From the IMG/VR virus record IMGVR_UViG_3300028833_000073, positions 32,001 to 96,000 of that record: a DNA stretch of 64,000 nucleotides; one strand, written 5' to 3'. Made by a program: the position numbers and the translations under genes. The notes under the pieces are model-generated. The model was not told the origin of the DNA and ran no database searches. It saw nothing but the letters and a program-made list of their open reading frames with translations. The stretch is from a virus (taxonomy: Duplodnaviria; Caudoviricetes). Shown piece after piece: positions 31,001-43,000 of the stretch; positions within the stretch are counted from its first letter, which is position 1; the number at the start of each line of letters is the position of its first letter.

Positions 31001-34000
31001 CCAGGAAGTTTGAAATACTTATACATCAAATCTGCAAAAGCACCGAATACAGTCATTGGTTTAGATGCATCAAACACAATCTCTCTATGATCTAAATAGG
31101 TATTATCCCAGACTTCTTTAAACTCATATTCTTCATAGAATTTAGGATCGAATTTATTACCACCAATATTACCCATCCATTCAATAGCTGAGAATCCAGC
31201 TTTAGCTATAGCATTAAAAGTAGCTCTTACAAAGTTTACTCCCTTATAGATACTAAATCCAATACCAGCTACCCTACCACCAAATGAATCATCTTCATCA
31301 AATGGATTAGCAACACCAATCAAATCTATTGGATGACCTTCTTGAGCTAACTGAGAAATTTCTGCAAAACCATCTTCAGGATTAATTCTATTAACACTTT
31401 CTAGTACCTCATTCACAGCATCGAAAGCAGATCTACCTACCCATACTAATGCAGCAGGAGAAACTGCAAAACCACTCATCAATGTACCAACTAATGATCC
31501 AATAGCACCACCAAAACCTTGATATCCACCTGCATTATAAGCATCATATCCAGCAGTAATAACTCCTAAAGGATCACCTGCTATTACTCTATCTTTAACT
31601 CTAGTGAATGTTCCTGCTAGGTTACCAAATGCATCTCCAATTCCACCAAATACACTTCTAGTGACATCTAGTACTTTACTTACAACAAATCCACCCGTAG
31701 ACATTAAGAAGAAATGATTAGTAGCAAAGTCTTTCATCATCATCTTAATACCGGCAAATCTTTCATTAGGATCTATCTGAATCTGTTGATTCCATCTAGC
31801 AATCTCTTCTGGTCCAGCATCATTAAACGCTATTGCTTGTGCTCTATTATACAAAGTATCCCAATAATTCTTAACTCCCTTAATATCTTCTGCTATATTG
31901 AATGCTCCTTCAGCTAGATTTCTAATATTATCAAGAATAATATCGGGTAATTGCTTTATAAAATCTACTGCCTTTCCGGCAACAAACTTACCAGCATTCA
32001 TTACATTATCCATTACAGTTTTCTTATTTAGCTGACCATTAAGATCCATAAATTCTTTTTGAGTAAGATTAGTACCATGCTCCATATTAAAACGATCTAA
32101 TTCAATTTTAGCTGCATCTCTCTTCTCTTTTAATCCTGCTCCAGTATATCCGATAACAGGACCAATAGTGTCCATAACAAGATCTATTACATCTCTACCA
32201 TCTAGAATACCAAGAGTACATGTCTTAACAATTGCATTTGTAATAGCTGCCAATACAGTTTCTGTTTCCGTTATAGTAGATTGATCATTAATACCTAATA
32301 CCAATCCTGGATTAGTCATACCATCATAAAATGCTTCTGCAAAGTCGTAAGCCATCAATGCTTGCCCTACATATGGGATAAGTTTACGTCCAATTGAGGC
32401 AAATAGTCTTGCTCCACCTTTTTTCTCTATTGCTTTCGCCAATCCTTCAGCTAGTTTCTGGAATCCACTATTTAAAGAACTTGTCTTAAGCCCAGGAATA
32501 TGACCTAGTACTTCTGCTGCCAAACTAGCAATCTTCTGTAATGGGGTCATAATGAAGTTAAAGATCTTATTAAATGCTCCTTCTGTACCTTGAGCTACTT
32601 TAAATCCAGCTTTCTTATAAATAGATGCTCCTTCTTCTAGTACTTTACCCTGTACAAAACTTCCTTTAGAACCTGCGTCTAGCGCCATATCACCAAGCTT
32701 GGCCATATTACCACTAATTCCACCTCTAATTAATTCAGCCGTATTACCGAATCCTCTAAGAGCTTCTAGTGGCATCTGCGCCATAGTCTTAGGAACAAAT
32801 GATGCTACTTTATAACCTTTACCAAACTTAGTTGCTAAATCATCATCTACTGTATTCAATAATTGTTTACCAAATGCAGCCGCTTCTCCGACTTTAGAAA
32901 CACCTTGTAATGCATAATCACCGACGTTTAATAATGCTCTTGTAGGAGCTGTATAGAAATTAACAACCTTTCCTGCTGCATTTCCTACTCCTTTAGCTAC
33001 ACCACCTACTGTTTCTCCAGCACTTCTAGCCATATTACTTGCTGCTTTAACCGCATCACTCTCTACTATTCTAGTACCAAAGTTCTTAGCACGCTGATAA
33101 TCTTGTGTTAAGGTATCTCTCATAATACCTAAGCTAGTACGTGACCTTTCTAATGATAACTTTCTTACTTCTTCCATTGCTTCTTTCTGAGTATATCCAT
33201 CTTGCATTAATCTTAGTACTTGATTATTCATTTCTTGTGGTGATAATCCATAAGTGTGTCCACCAAATAGGAAATTCTTAGTACTTGTTTTAGCTGCACT
33301 TGCTGCATCTGATAATTTACTACTAATTTTACCTCTAATGCCCATATCTTGATAACGTAGCTTCTTTAAGGTTTGCTCAATTTCTGCTTCACTATATTTT
33401 CCTGATTCTCTTAATACTCTTGCTCTTTCAGCTAGTTCTGCTTCAGATAAAGCAGTTCTCTCTGTTTTACCAAATATAGTATTTAATAACTTAGAATCAT
33501 CTCTATATTGATGCAATCCAGATTGTACCATTCCTTTTGCAGTAGCCGCTTGAGTTTTAATAGCTTCAGTAGCTTTACCTACACCTTCACTTACTTTTAT
33601 AGCTCCTCTACCAATAATACTTCTAGAATATGCCCTTTCAGCTTGTATAAATCTTCCTTCTAACATAGGATACTTATTGATTAGCTCTGCTTTTATAGCA
33701 GCATTCTTCGCTATTTCAGTTTGATTAGCTCCTAAAGCACCATGGTTTTGTTCCATTACATCTAAGATTTGTCTCATAGCTTTTTCATCTTTAGCTACGT
33801 TTCTAAGAGTTCCAAGTTTTTGTTCTTCTTGTAGTATACTCAACTGAGGACCAAGTCTTTGTTCAAGTATTTCTGTTAGTTTAGAATTTGCAGTAGCTTT
33901 ATTACCTTCGGCAAGCATAGTAGCTTTAATATTACCTTCAGCAGTAAGAGCATCAAATCCTTTATCCATTCTAGTAGAACCAGTTAATATTTCATATTGT

Positions 34001-37000
34001 CTAGCTAGTACATCCTGCGTAGATACTCCAAGCTTTTGTGCAATCTCTTTAACTTCAGCAGGATTTAAACCTTGTACTGTATCTTTGATCTTATATTTAT
34101 CTAAACCTTTCATAAAGCTTCGTTCATCTTCACTCATTATAGATGCTAATCTTTTATTTAAACTTCCATCTGTTCTCTCTATTCCGTTAGCATTAATAGC
34201 CCTATTCATTCTCCATCCAGCTAGTTTACTATCTACCCATTCTCCTGCTCTAACAATCTTATCTTGTCCTTGTTTAGTAGATCCATATGCTAATGCTGCA
34301 CGAGACCCTGCTTTAGCTGTTGCAGCGGCTCCTTCGGCTACTCTAGCACCTTTACCTCTAAATCCATCCCAGAAATCTCTTATTGCTTTAGTAATACCAG
34401 CACCAACTTTAGATATTTTATCATATAGCTTAGTAAAGAATGGTCCAATTATAGGAATCCTAGGAAATAGTCTAGCTAATTGGCTAGCAAAGTTCTTAAG
34501 CATATTAGGTATCTTTGGAATTTTAGGAATAACCTTCTTAAGGAGTGCAAGTAATCCACCCTTCATAAACCATGCGGCTAATCCTCCTAAGAGGCCCATT
34601 AGTTTATCAAACCAATCGTTCTTTTTCTTTTGTTCAGGTCCAGCTTTCTTAACATCTAATCTATTCTTCAATAGTTTATAAATCTCTTCAGAGTAGTATC
34701 CAGTATTGACGATAGAATCATGTTTCTCTTCTACTTTACCTTCAATTCGTTTAGTCTCTTTATTAGCAGGAATATTAGTACCACCTTGACCAGGTACATA
34801 CTTACCAATACCATACTCACTCATTACTTCTTTAAACTTATCTTTACCTTTATTAAGCATTCCTCTAATCTTATCTTTGTTATCTTTAATACTATCTAGC
34901 ATCTTAGCAATATAGGTTCTCTGCTCTGCTAGCTGCTCATTGATCTTTGTTCTATCACTATCTTTTTCATTCTTCTTCTTTTGACTATCCCTATCTTTAC
35001 CTTCTTGAGATGTAGTCTGTGCTGCTTTATTTCCGCCTTCAATTCCTCTAAGTTTAGTACCAGTAGAAGTAGTTCTTGTACCTGGTTCATTAACATTATT
35101 TGCAGGTGGAGCAACTTCTGGCTCTGGTTGTAGTGCTAGATTACCAACAGTACCTTCAGCGTATCTAGGCATATTCTTAAGATAATCATTTATATTTACT
35201 ACTTTCTCTCCCTTAGACAATACAGCTAAGTGATCTTTATTGATTACTCCAGTACCATAAGCATGAGTTGGAATCTCTCCTTCATTCTTAGCCTTCTCCA
35301 TTTCTTCTAGCTTATTGTATGCTGTCTCTACTTCTTCTTCAGATAGTTCTCCATTACGATATCTATCCATCCAATCATGACCAAGTTTATCTAGCTTATC
35401 GAGAATATCTCCACTTATATACCTTCTCTGTTCAGGTCTTCCTACTCTAGGATCAGGAACATTTCTACGTATCCATTTAACTCCAGTTCTACCAATATCA
35501 TTCAATCCTTCTCCGGTAGTAGCCATTCTATTCATAATGAAATTATAAGTGTGATCCATACGACGAGTCTTTATCTTACCATCTAGCTCTCCGCCACCTT
35601 CTCTATTCTTCTCCATTGTTTCTTGTCTAGCTATTTCTGATTCTAGTTTATTAGGATCTATTCTGAAATACTCTGGATTCATTAGCATTTGACCATAAGT
35701 ACCATCATCTATTAATCTCTGCATATGCTTAGCATCTAAGTACTTTTCATTTAATCCACTTATATCCATTATCTTCTTCATAGCTTCTGCATCTTTTAGC
35801 TTTACATTCTTAAATTCATTTAGATCTGTTAGCTTCAATCCTTGACTTGCTGCATTTACTAGATTCTGAACTTGATCAGCAGATAACTGGCCAAGACCTT
35901 TAAGATCTTTAGTCTGATATCCTGCTTCAGTAAAGAGCTTATATTGCTTAGAGAATAGATTCTTATCATCTTTCTTAAGAGCTTCATTAGATGCCCAAAG
36001 AACAAGATCGTTGAGATTATCTACCTTGAATCCTTTAGAACCCATCTGTAGAATCTTCTCTAGATCATTCATTCCTTGTTTTGTATCTAGATGCTGTAAT
36101 GACTCTTCAGAAATATCTAAGTTATCACCAAATACTGACTCTAATCTTCCTAGAATACTAGCTGAATTAGTCTTATGCTGTCTATCAATCTTATCCATCT
36201 CATCTTTGAATATCATTCTTCTCTTATATAGATCTGCTAATTGCTCTGGGGTTCTTCCACCACCTACAGTAATCTCTAATGTAGTCTTAATTTCATTCAA
36301 TGCTTCTACTAAGGTATTAGTCTGGTCTACAATGCTTCCTCTGATAGCATCTTCACCTTCACTAATCTTACCTTCTTTTCTCTCTTCTTCTACTTTTTCT
36401 CTTACACTAATCTCTTTCTCTACATTCTTTATCATCTTATTGAGGTTATCGCCTTCAGTAATATCATATCCAGTCATCTCTTTGATGGTTTCTACCATCT
36501 TACCTTTCTCATTAGCAAAATTGTTTCTAATATCTTCTGATTTAGCTAAGTCTAGAGCAACATCCTGGAATGTCTTAATAATCTCTTTACGCTTATCTGT
36601 AGAAACTTGTTGTCCTGCTGCTTGTGCATTATCTAGAACCTTATTAACCATTGCTATAGCTTCTTTATCTTTTCTTTCTCTAAAGAGTCTAGCAATCTTA
36701 TCTCTATCAAATTCTCCTGTAAGTCCCTTAGTACCAAACCAATGCCAATCTCCTGATTTAATTCTATCATCTACAGTTGCCCATAGATTTCTCATTGCTT
36801 GTCCTTGATCTCTCTTTAGTCCTTCATCACCATCTCTATAGAGTGTAAGTATCTTCTTAATATCATTAAGATTACCCTTGTTAGCAGTAGCTAGATTCTG
36901 ATCTAATTGTAGATATTGATTGTCTTCTATATTCATTCCTTTATCTTGTGCAAACTGTACTCTTTCTGCGGCAGACATGTAATCCGCATTACCCATCATT

Positions 37001-40000
37001 ATCTGTCTTCTTCTTAGAGCATCACCAACAGCACCTATCATCTTACTAGGAGCAGATAGTATAAACTTAGCTGGCTTAAGAGCTGTACTTATTAGCTTCT
37101 GTGAAATAGCAGTAAATGGCTTAAACAAATAGTCTTGTAGTGTCTTAGCTAATGGCTTACCAGTGATAACTTCAAACAATCTTCCAATAGCTTTACCTAC
37201 TCCAGAGAACATTCCTACTACACCTAGCTGTATTTGCTTAGCTATAGGAGTGAATGCTCCTTTGAGTGGTCCAAATACATCCTTCTTAACCCATTCAAAT
37301 AGATCATCTTTAACCTTCTTACCAAATTCTAACCATGGTTCTACTATACCTTCTCTTAAAGCACCTACGATACCACCATGTCTCTTACCATCTTTACCCA
37401 TAGGACCAAACATATGTGTCTGGAAAGCTTCTGTAGAGCCTAGCATACCTACAGCTCCACCCATCATAACATTACCTACTAAGCCAAAAGGTCCTAAGAA
37501 CATTCCAGCTATAGCAGATGCTGCCATATTAGGAGCTGCTTTCTTAAAGAAATCTCTAGTATCTTTATCTATAATGCCACCTATACGTTGTCCATCTTTA
37601 TTCTTCTCTCCATATAGCATAGTCTGGAAGTCTTCATTCTTCCTTAAGAATCCTAAACCAGAGCCAATCATTAAACCACCGAGAGGACCAAACGGAGTTA
37701 CTAAACCAGCAATAGTACCAATTAATCCCATAGTCTTCATAGAAGGTCCATAATGCTCTATAGCTTCTATAGTCTGCTTATCAAAGAATCCACCTTGTCT
37801 TTCTCCTTCTGCATTCTTTTCACCAAATAGCTCTTTCATGAAGAATTCATTGTTCTTAATAATACCAATAGATGCTCCAGCTATAGCACCGAGTAATGGT
37901 CCACCTAAGAGAGTACCTCCTACAAGACCTACAACACTATGAGCAGCAACATCTGGAGTAGCATCTATTATAGTCTTCTTAGTCTCATCTATATACTTAT
38001 TGACTTCCTTGTTAGTGCCATCGCCAAACAATATTGTGGAAAATGCATCTATAAAACCACTCTTAATATTATTAACACCATCCAATGTAGTTCTAGTAAT
38101 TGTATTATCAGTAAAGAATTCTTTAGTAGCCTTTCCTCTAATCTTACTACCTAACTTATGTAAGTCATCTATAATTGGATCAAAGCCTTTTCTATTAGCA
38201 CTAATACTTCTATCTCCTACTTCAACACCAGCTTCAGTATTAGCTTCTATAGTATTATCTCTTATATCTTTAATGAAGTCTTTGATGAATACTACCTTAG
38301 ATTCCATAGTATCCTTCTTAGGCTTCTTACCAGTAACACTCTCTACTTGAGCCGCTAGTTCATCTACACTCTTATTAGTCTCTTCACTAAGTTTATCATT
38401 AGCCATAGTAGGTAATATTCTAATTACATTACCCATTACTTCTACTTCTTTATCTCCTATTCTTCTCTTCTTAGCATCTCCATAAACACCAGTACCTTTA
38501 GCATATCCTTTAATATTCTTAGGATTAATTGAATTAGCAATAGAGTTAGAAATCCTATCAATGAATGCTTGTTCTCCCTTAGCATCTTTAGCTTGTTCTT
38601 TAGGATCAAATGATCTAGGAATAACTATCTCACCCTTAGACAGAGCATAGATACCAGTCTTAGGTACTGTACCACCTTCTGCCATTCCAAATCCAGTAAT
38701 ACCTTCAGTCTCTATATTAATACCTTTAATAGCATCTATAACATCATCTAGCTTTTTAGATAAAGTATCTCTTAAATCAACAAAGAATCCTTTCTGCTGT
38801 TCAGTAGCAGTCCCAATAATATTCTCAAATGGAGGTCCTTCTACTTCATGAATGCCAAAAGATCTATTAAATTCAAGAGGTGTAATACCATCCTTAAACT
38901 TCTCATCATATAGCTTCTCTTGATTATAACCTTGGAGAATACTTTGACCAACTTGTACATTGTCTATGATAGCTTCTTTCTTCTTACTTTCCTCTGGAGT
39001 AAACTTGCCTTGCTCAAACTCTCTAGTTATCTTCTTTCTATGACGATTAATAGCATATCTAAGATTTTTAACGCTTGAAAGGTCTTCCAAAGTTGCCCTA
39101 TCATTAGATATAAACCTATCTCTTACATCTTTAATTATATCATCTCTAGTATTCTTATCCTCTATCTTAACTAGATCCTTTAGGAATTTATCAATGTGAG
39201 GCCTATAGCTATCGAATATGATATCCTTGTTCTCATATACAAACTCTGCTAATCCTTGATCTATATTAAATGAGAAATTACCCTTCTCAAAATTATTGGT
39301 TATTCTTTCCCAGGTATGTAGCTTACCAAGCATTTTATTCTGAGCTTGTTCTCCAATATAACGACTTTTTACTTTCTCTTCTGTCTTAGTTCCTTTACCT
39401 TTTTCTTTTTCTTCCTTGTCAACTCTTGCTTTTTCAGCAATAAGATCATATAAACCTTTCTTAAAGTCATTATATATTCCTTCTGGTAGAGCTTTATTAA
39501 GAGCATTAGTATAAATTTGTACCTTTGTTTTCATTGTGGCTAGTGCAGTATCTATAGCAGTTCTTTGTTCATCTGAAGTAGCAGATAGTCTTTCTTTTTC
39601 TAACTTATCTATTTCTCCTCGTAAGAATGTAATTTGATCAGAAAGTTTCTTCCTATCCTTATCAGATAATACAGGACCAGTAGCAAGAATCCTCTGATAC
39701 ATTTGTTCTCTATCTTCAATGCTTCCATATGAATCAATATTCTTCTTAAGCTCAGAGAACATCTTTCTATTTTCTTCATCAAGATTTCCATATCCTCTTG
39801 AAGTAAAATCTACTAAAGTATCAATCTCAATACCAGTAATATTGTATGCTTTACCTCGTTCAATAGACTCTCTTGTTAATCTAGAGCTTTCATTAATCTT
39901 ATCTCTTAACTCAGAAATTCTTTGTCCACCTTTTCCTTTATATTCTGGATTATATTTGAGATTAGTATATCCTTGCACATATCTACCCTTTGAATCTACT

Positions 40001-43000
40001 ATTGTTTTCTCATTAGCATACATTGTTTCTAATTGATTTATATAGTCACCATATCCAGATCTCTTAGATTGATCAGATAATACTAATTGACCTTTCTTCA
40101 TCTGCTCATATTTAGCTTTACGATTTTTCAGTTCTTGAGCACCTAGCATATCACCTTTAGCTTCAGCATCTTTAATTCTTTGATCCATTGATGCTAGCTG
40201 AGCAGTAATCTTTTCTTGTTCTGTCTTAGGTTTAGTCTCAGTTGTAGTAGTAGTTCCTTCAGGATGATATTCTCCTTCATGTGTAGCTTCATTAACTTTT
40301 CTACGTTCTTCTGCTAATGCTTCTTTAGCATCTTTAAAGAAATCTATACCCATCTCTTTTAGTCTATCTTTAATAGGACCAAAGAATTCCTTAGTACTAT
40401 CCTTGAAATTATCTATTATACCATCAATATCAATACCAATGTAGTTAAGTCCTTTCTTAATAGCATCCCAAGGACCTTCAACACCTAATTTATCTTTAAG
40501 GGGCTGGAAGAGATATTCATTAAGACCTTCATTGATCCTCTTAAATACATCATCCATCTCCCATTTCAGTCTACCGAAGAACCCTTCTACAGGTTTACCA
40601 TTCTTATCGACACGCTCTTCTTCTAAGAAGAAGAAGTCATATAATTTTTCATCTGCTTGCTCTAGTACTTTAGTGAGCATAGAAGTAGGTTTATCTGCCA
40701 ACTGTTCTAGACCAGTTTTAATAACACCAAACTTCTCACTTACAGTACCAGCTTTGATAAGAGTATCTAGGAAGCCATTCTTCTGAATATCTTCCCAAGT
40801 CTTTTCATTTCTCTTAATGAAGTCTTTCTTTTGTTCATCCCACCATTTACTGACTCCGGTCTTATCTTCTTCGTATCCTTGTTCAGCTTTCCTTTGTTCT
40901 TTTTGCCATTTCTCTAAATATATCTCGGCTGCTTTCTTGCGGTATTCTTCTTCATTCTCTGCGATTCTCATCAATTCATTAGAATCTGCAGATCCTCCAT
41001 ATCTCTCAAAGAGATATTTATGACGAATTTTACCTTTGCCTTCTTTAAAGGCTTTCTGTTCTTCTTCTATTTGCTTTTGATACCGCTCATTTCTCTTTCT
41101 TTCTTCTTCTTCAAATAATTTCTTAGGGTCTTCTTTTCTCTTGGACACAACCTCGCCAATTTGTTTTTCAATACCAGGAAGGCTACTAGCTGGGTCGCCA
41201 GGAGATGGTCCAGATGTTCCAACACCTCTAGAAATCCTACGCATTCGTTTACGTTTATCCATTATAGCTTGTTCTTCTCTAGATTTACCAAGTCCTACAC
41301 CATAGGTTCTAATAGCAATAATCTCTGCTAGAATCTCACTTAGATAATGGAAGGTATTATATCCCTTAGAGTCATAGATGTTAGAGATATCTAACTTATT
41401 CAGCATGCTCTCTGTGTTAGTAGTAACAGTACCATACTTCTTATGAATTCTCTCTATATAAGATCCATCAAATAGATTCATAAATGGAGTCATACCACGT
41501 TCTTGTAAATTCTGTATCTCTTGATCTAATTTAGTCTTATTAGAAAATACCTCGCCAGCAAGTCCCATTATTCTGCCTTTATTCTTACCAGGACCTTGTC
41601 CTGCTTGATATATAGCTTCTAGTATATCTTGTAAATCTCTACTACCATTATATCCACCAAAGCCCATATTCATAGCAGCTTCATCTATTATCTCTTGTGC
41701 TCTCTCTTTATCTCCTTGCTTAGGATTAACTGATGCTAACTTAGACATAGCAGATACTAAGTCTTGGAATTGACCTGGTTGTGCGAATACACCTTTACGG
41801 AATCTATCATAGTTTTCCCATCTCTCAAGCTCTTCTTCTCTATTGCCACGTTTAAACTCACTCATGTATTTAGTAACTATAGAATCTATATCTCTAAATG
41901 ATTGATCTACATATCTATCATATCTAGCATTCCATTGATCCTGTAAATCTTTAGTATTTACAAACTGACCTCTCTCATAGTCATAAGTACGATGGCTTCT
42001 ACCAGTCAAAGCATTCTCAATAGCAGCTAAGTACTCAGGAATAACCTTGACTAAAGCTTGTTTTGCCTCACCATCCCATGGGATGGCGCCTTTTTCATAT
42101 GCTGACGAATCTAAGCTGGATTTTACAGTATCTCTTACTCCTAACAACTTTCCTATCATGCCCATAGGAGACATTTCATCCTGACTGGCATACATATTCA
42201 TCTTTGCTAGGAAGGTACCAAAAACCCCACTCATTGTATTATCAAAGTTCTTAGCAGTCTCTTGAAGCTTAGGACCAATCATGGTACTCACTAGCATTGT
42301 CATAATTCCGCCTAGTGGATTCTGAGCAAACATCATGAGTGGGTTATCCATGCCCATAGCTTCACCCATGGAATTGATCATTCCTAATCCAAGATCATCT
42401 AGTACAGTCTTAAAGTTATTAGCGATATTCTGTCCATATTCTTCAAATCTAATCATACCTTCAGAAGTAGCTATATCTCCAAAGCGTAGTTTCTTCTTCT
42501 TATCCTTCTCTTCTTCTTCCTTATGATGTAGCTTATATTCATTACGATACATCTCTAATAGTTCTTTAAGCATAGCATTACGTTCAGAACCTAGCTTATC
42601 TTGTGATTCAAAGAATTTCTTAGCATTCTCAAAGTGAGTATTAACAGCTTCAGTACTAAACTTAAGCTGATTAGCCATAGTCTCATTAAGAGTAGAGAAA
42701 CCAGACTGAGTTACACTCATCAGTCTCTCACCCTGAGCATAAAGTAAATTAGCAGATATTCTATTGCTCTTCATTATAGCATCAGCAGAACCAATGATAG
42801 CATTACCAGTGGCTGCTGTTGATGCTTTGGATGATTCTTTAATGCTCTTAGATATAAGAGCATCACCTTCAGAGATACCAAAGTCTTCTTCACCATTCTC
42901 ATCAAGACCTAGCATCTTATCAATATCATCAGTAGATCCAGAGGATTCATCTCCTCCTAGATCAAATCCAAAGTCATCTCCTCCACCCATGTTATCCATG

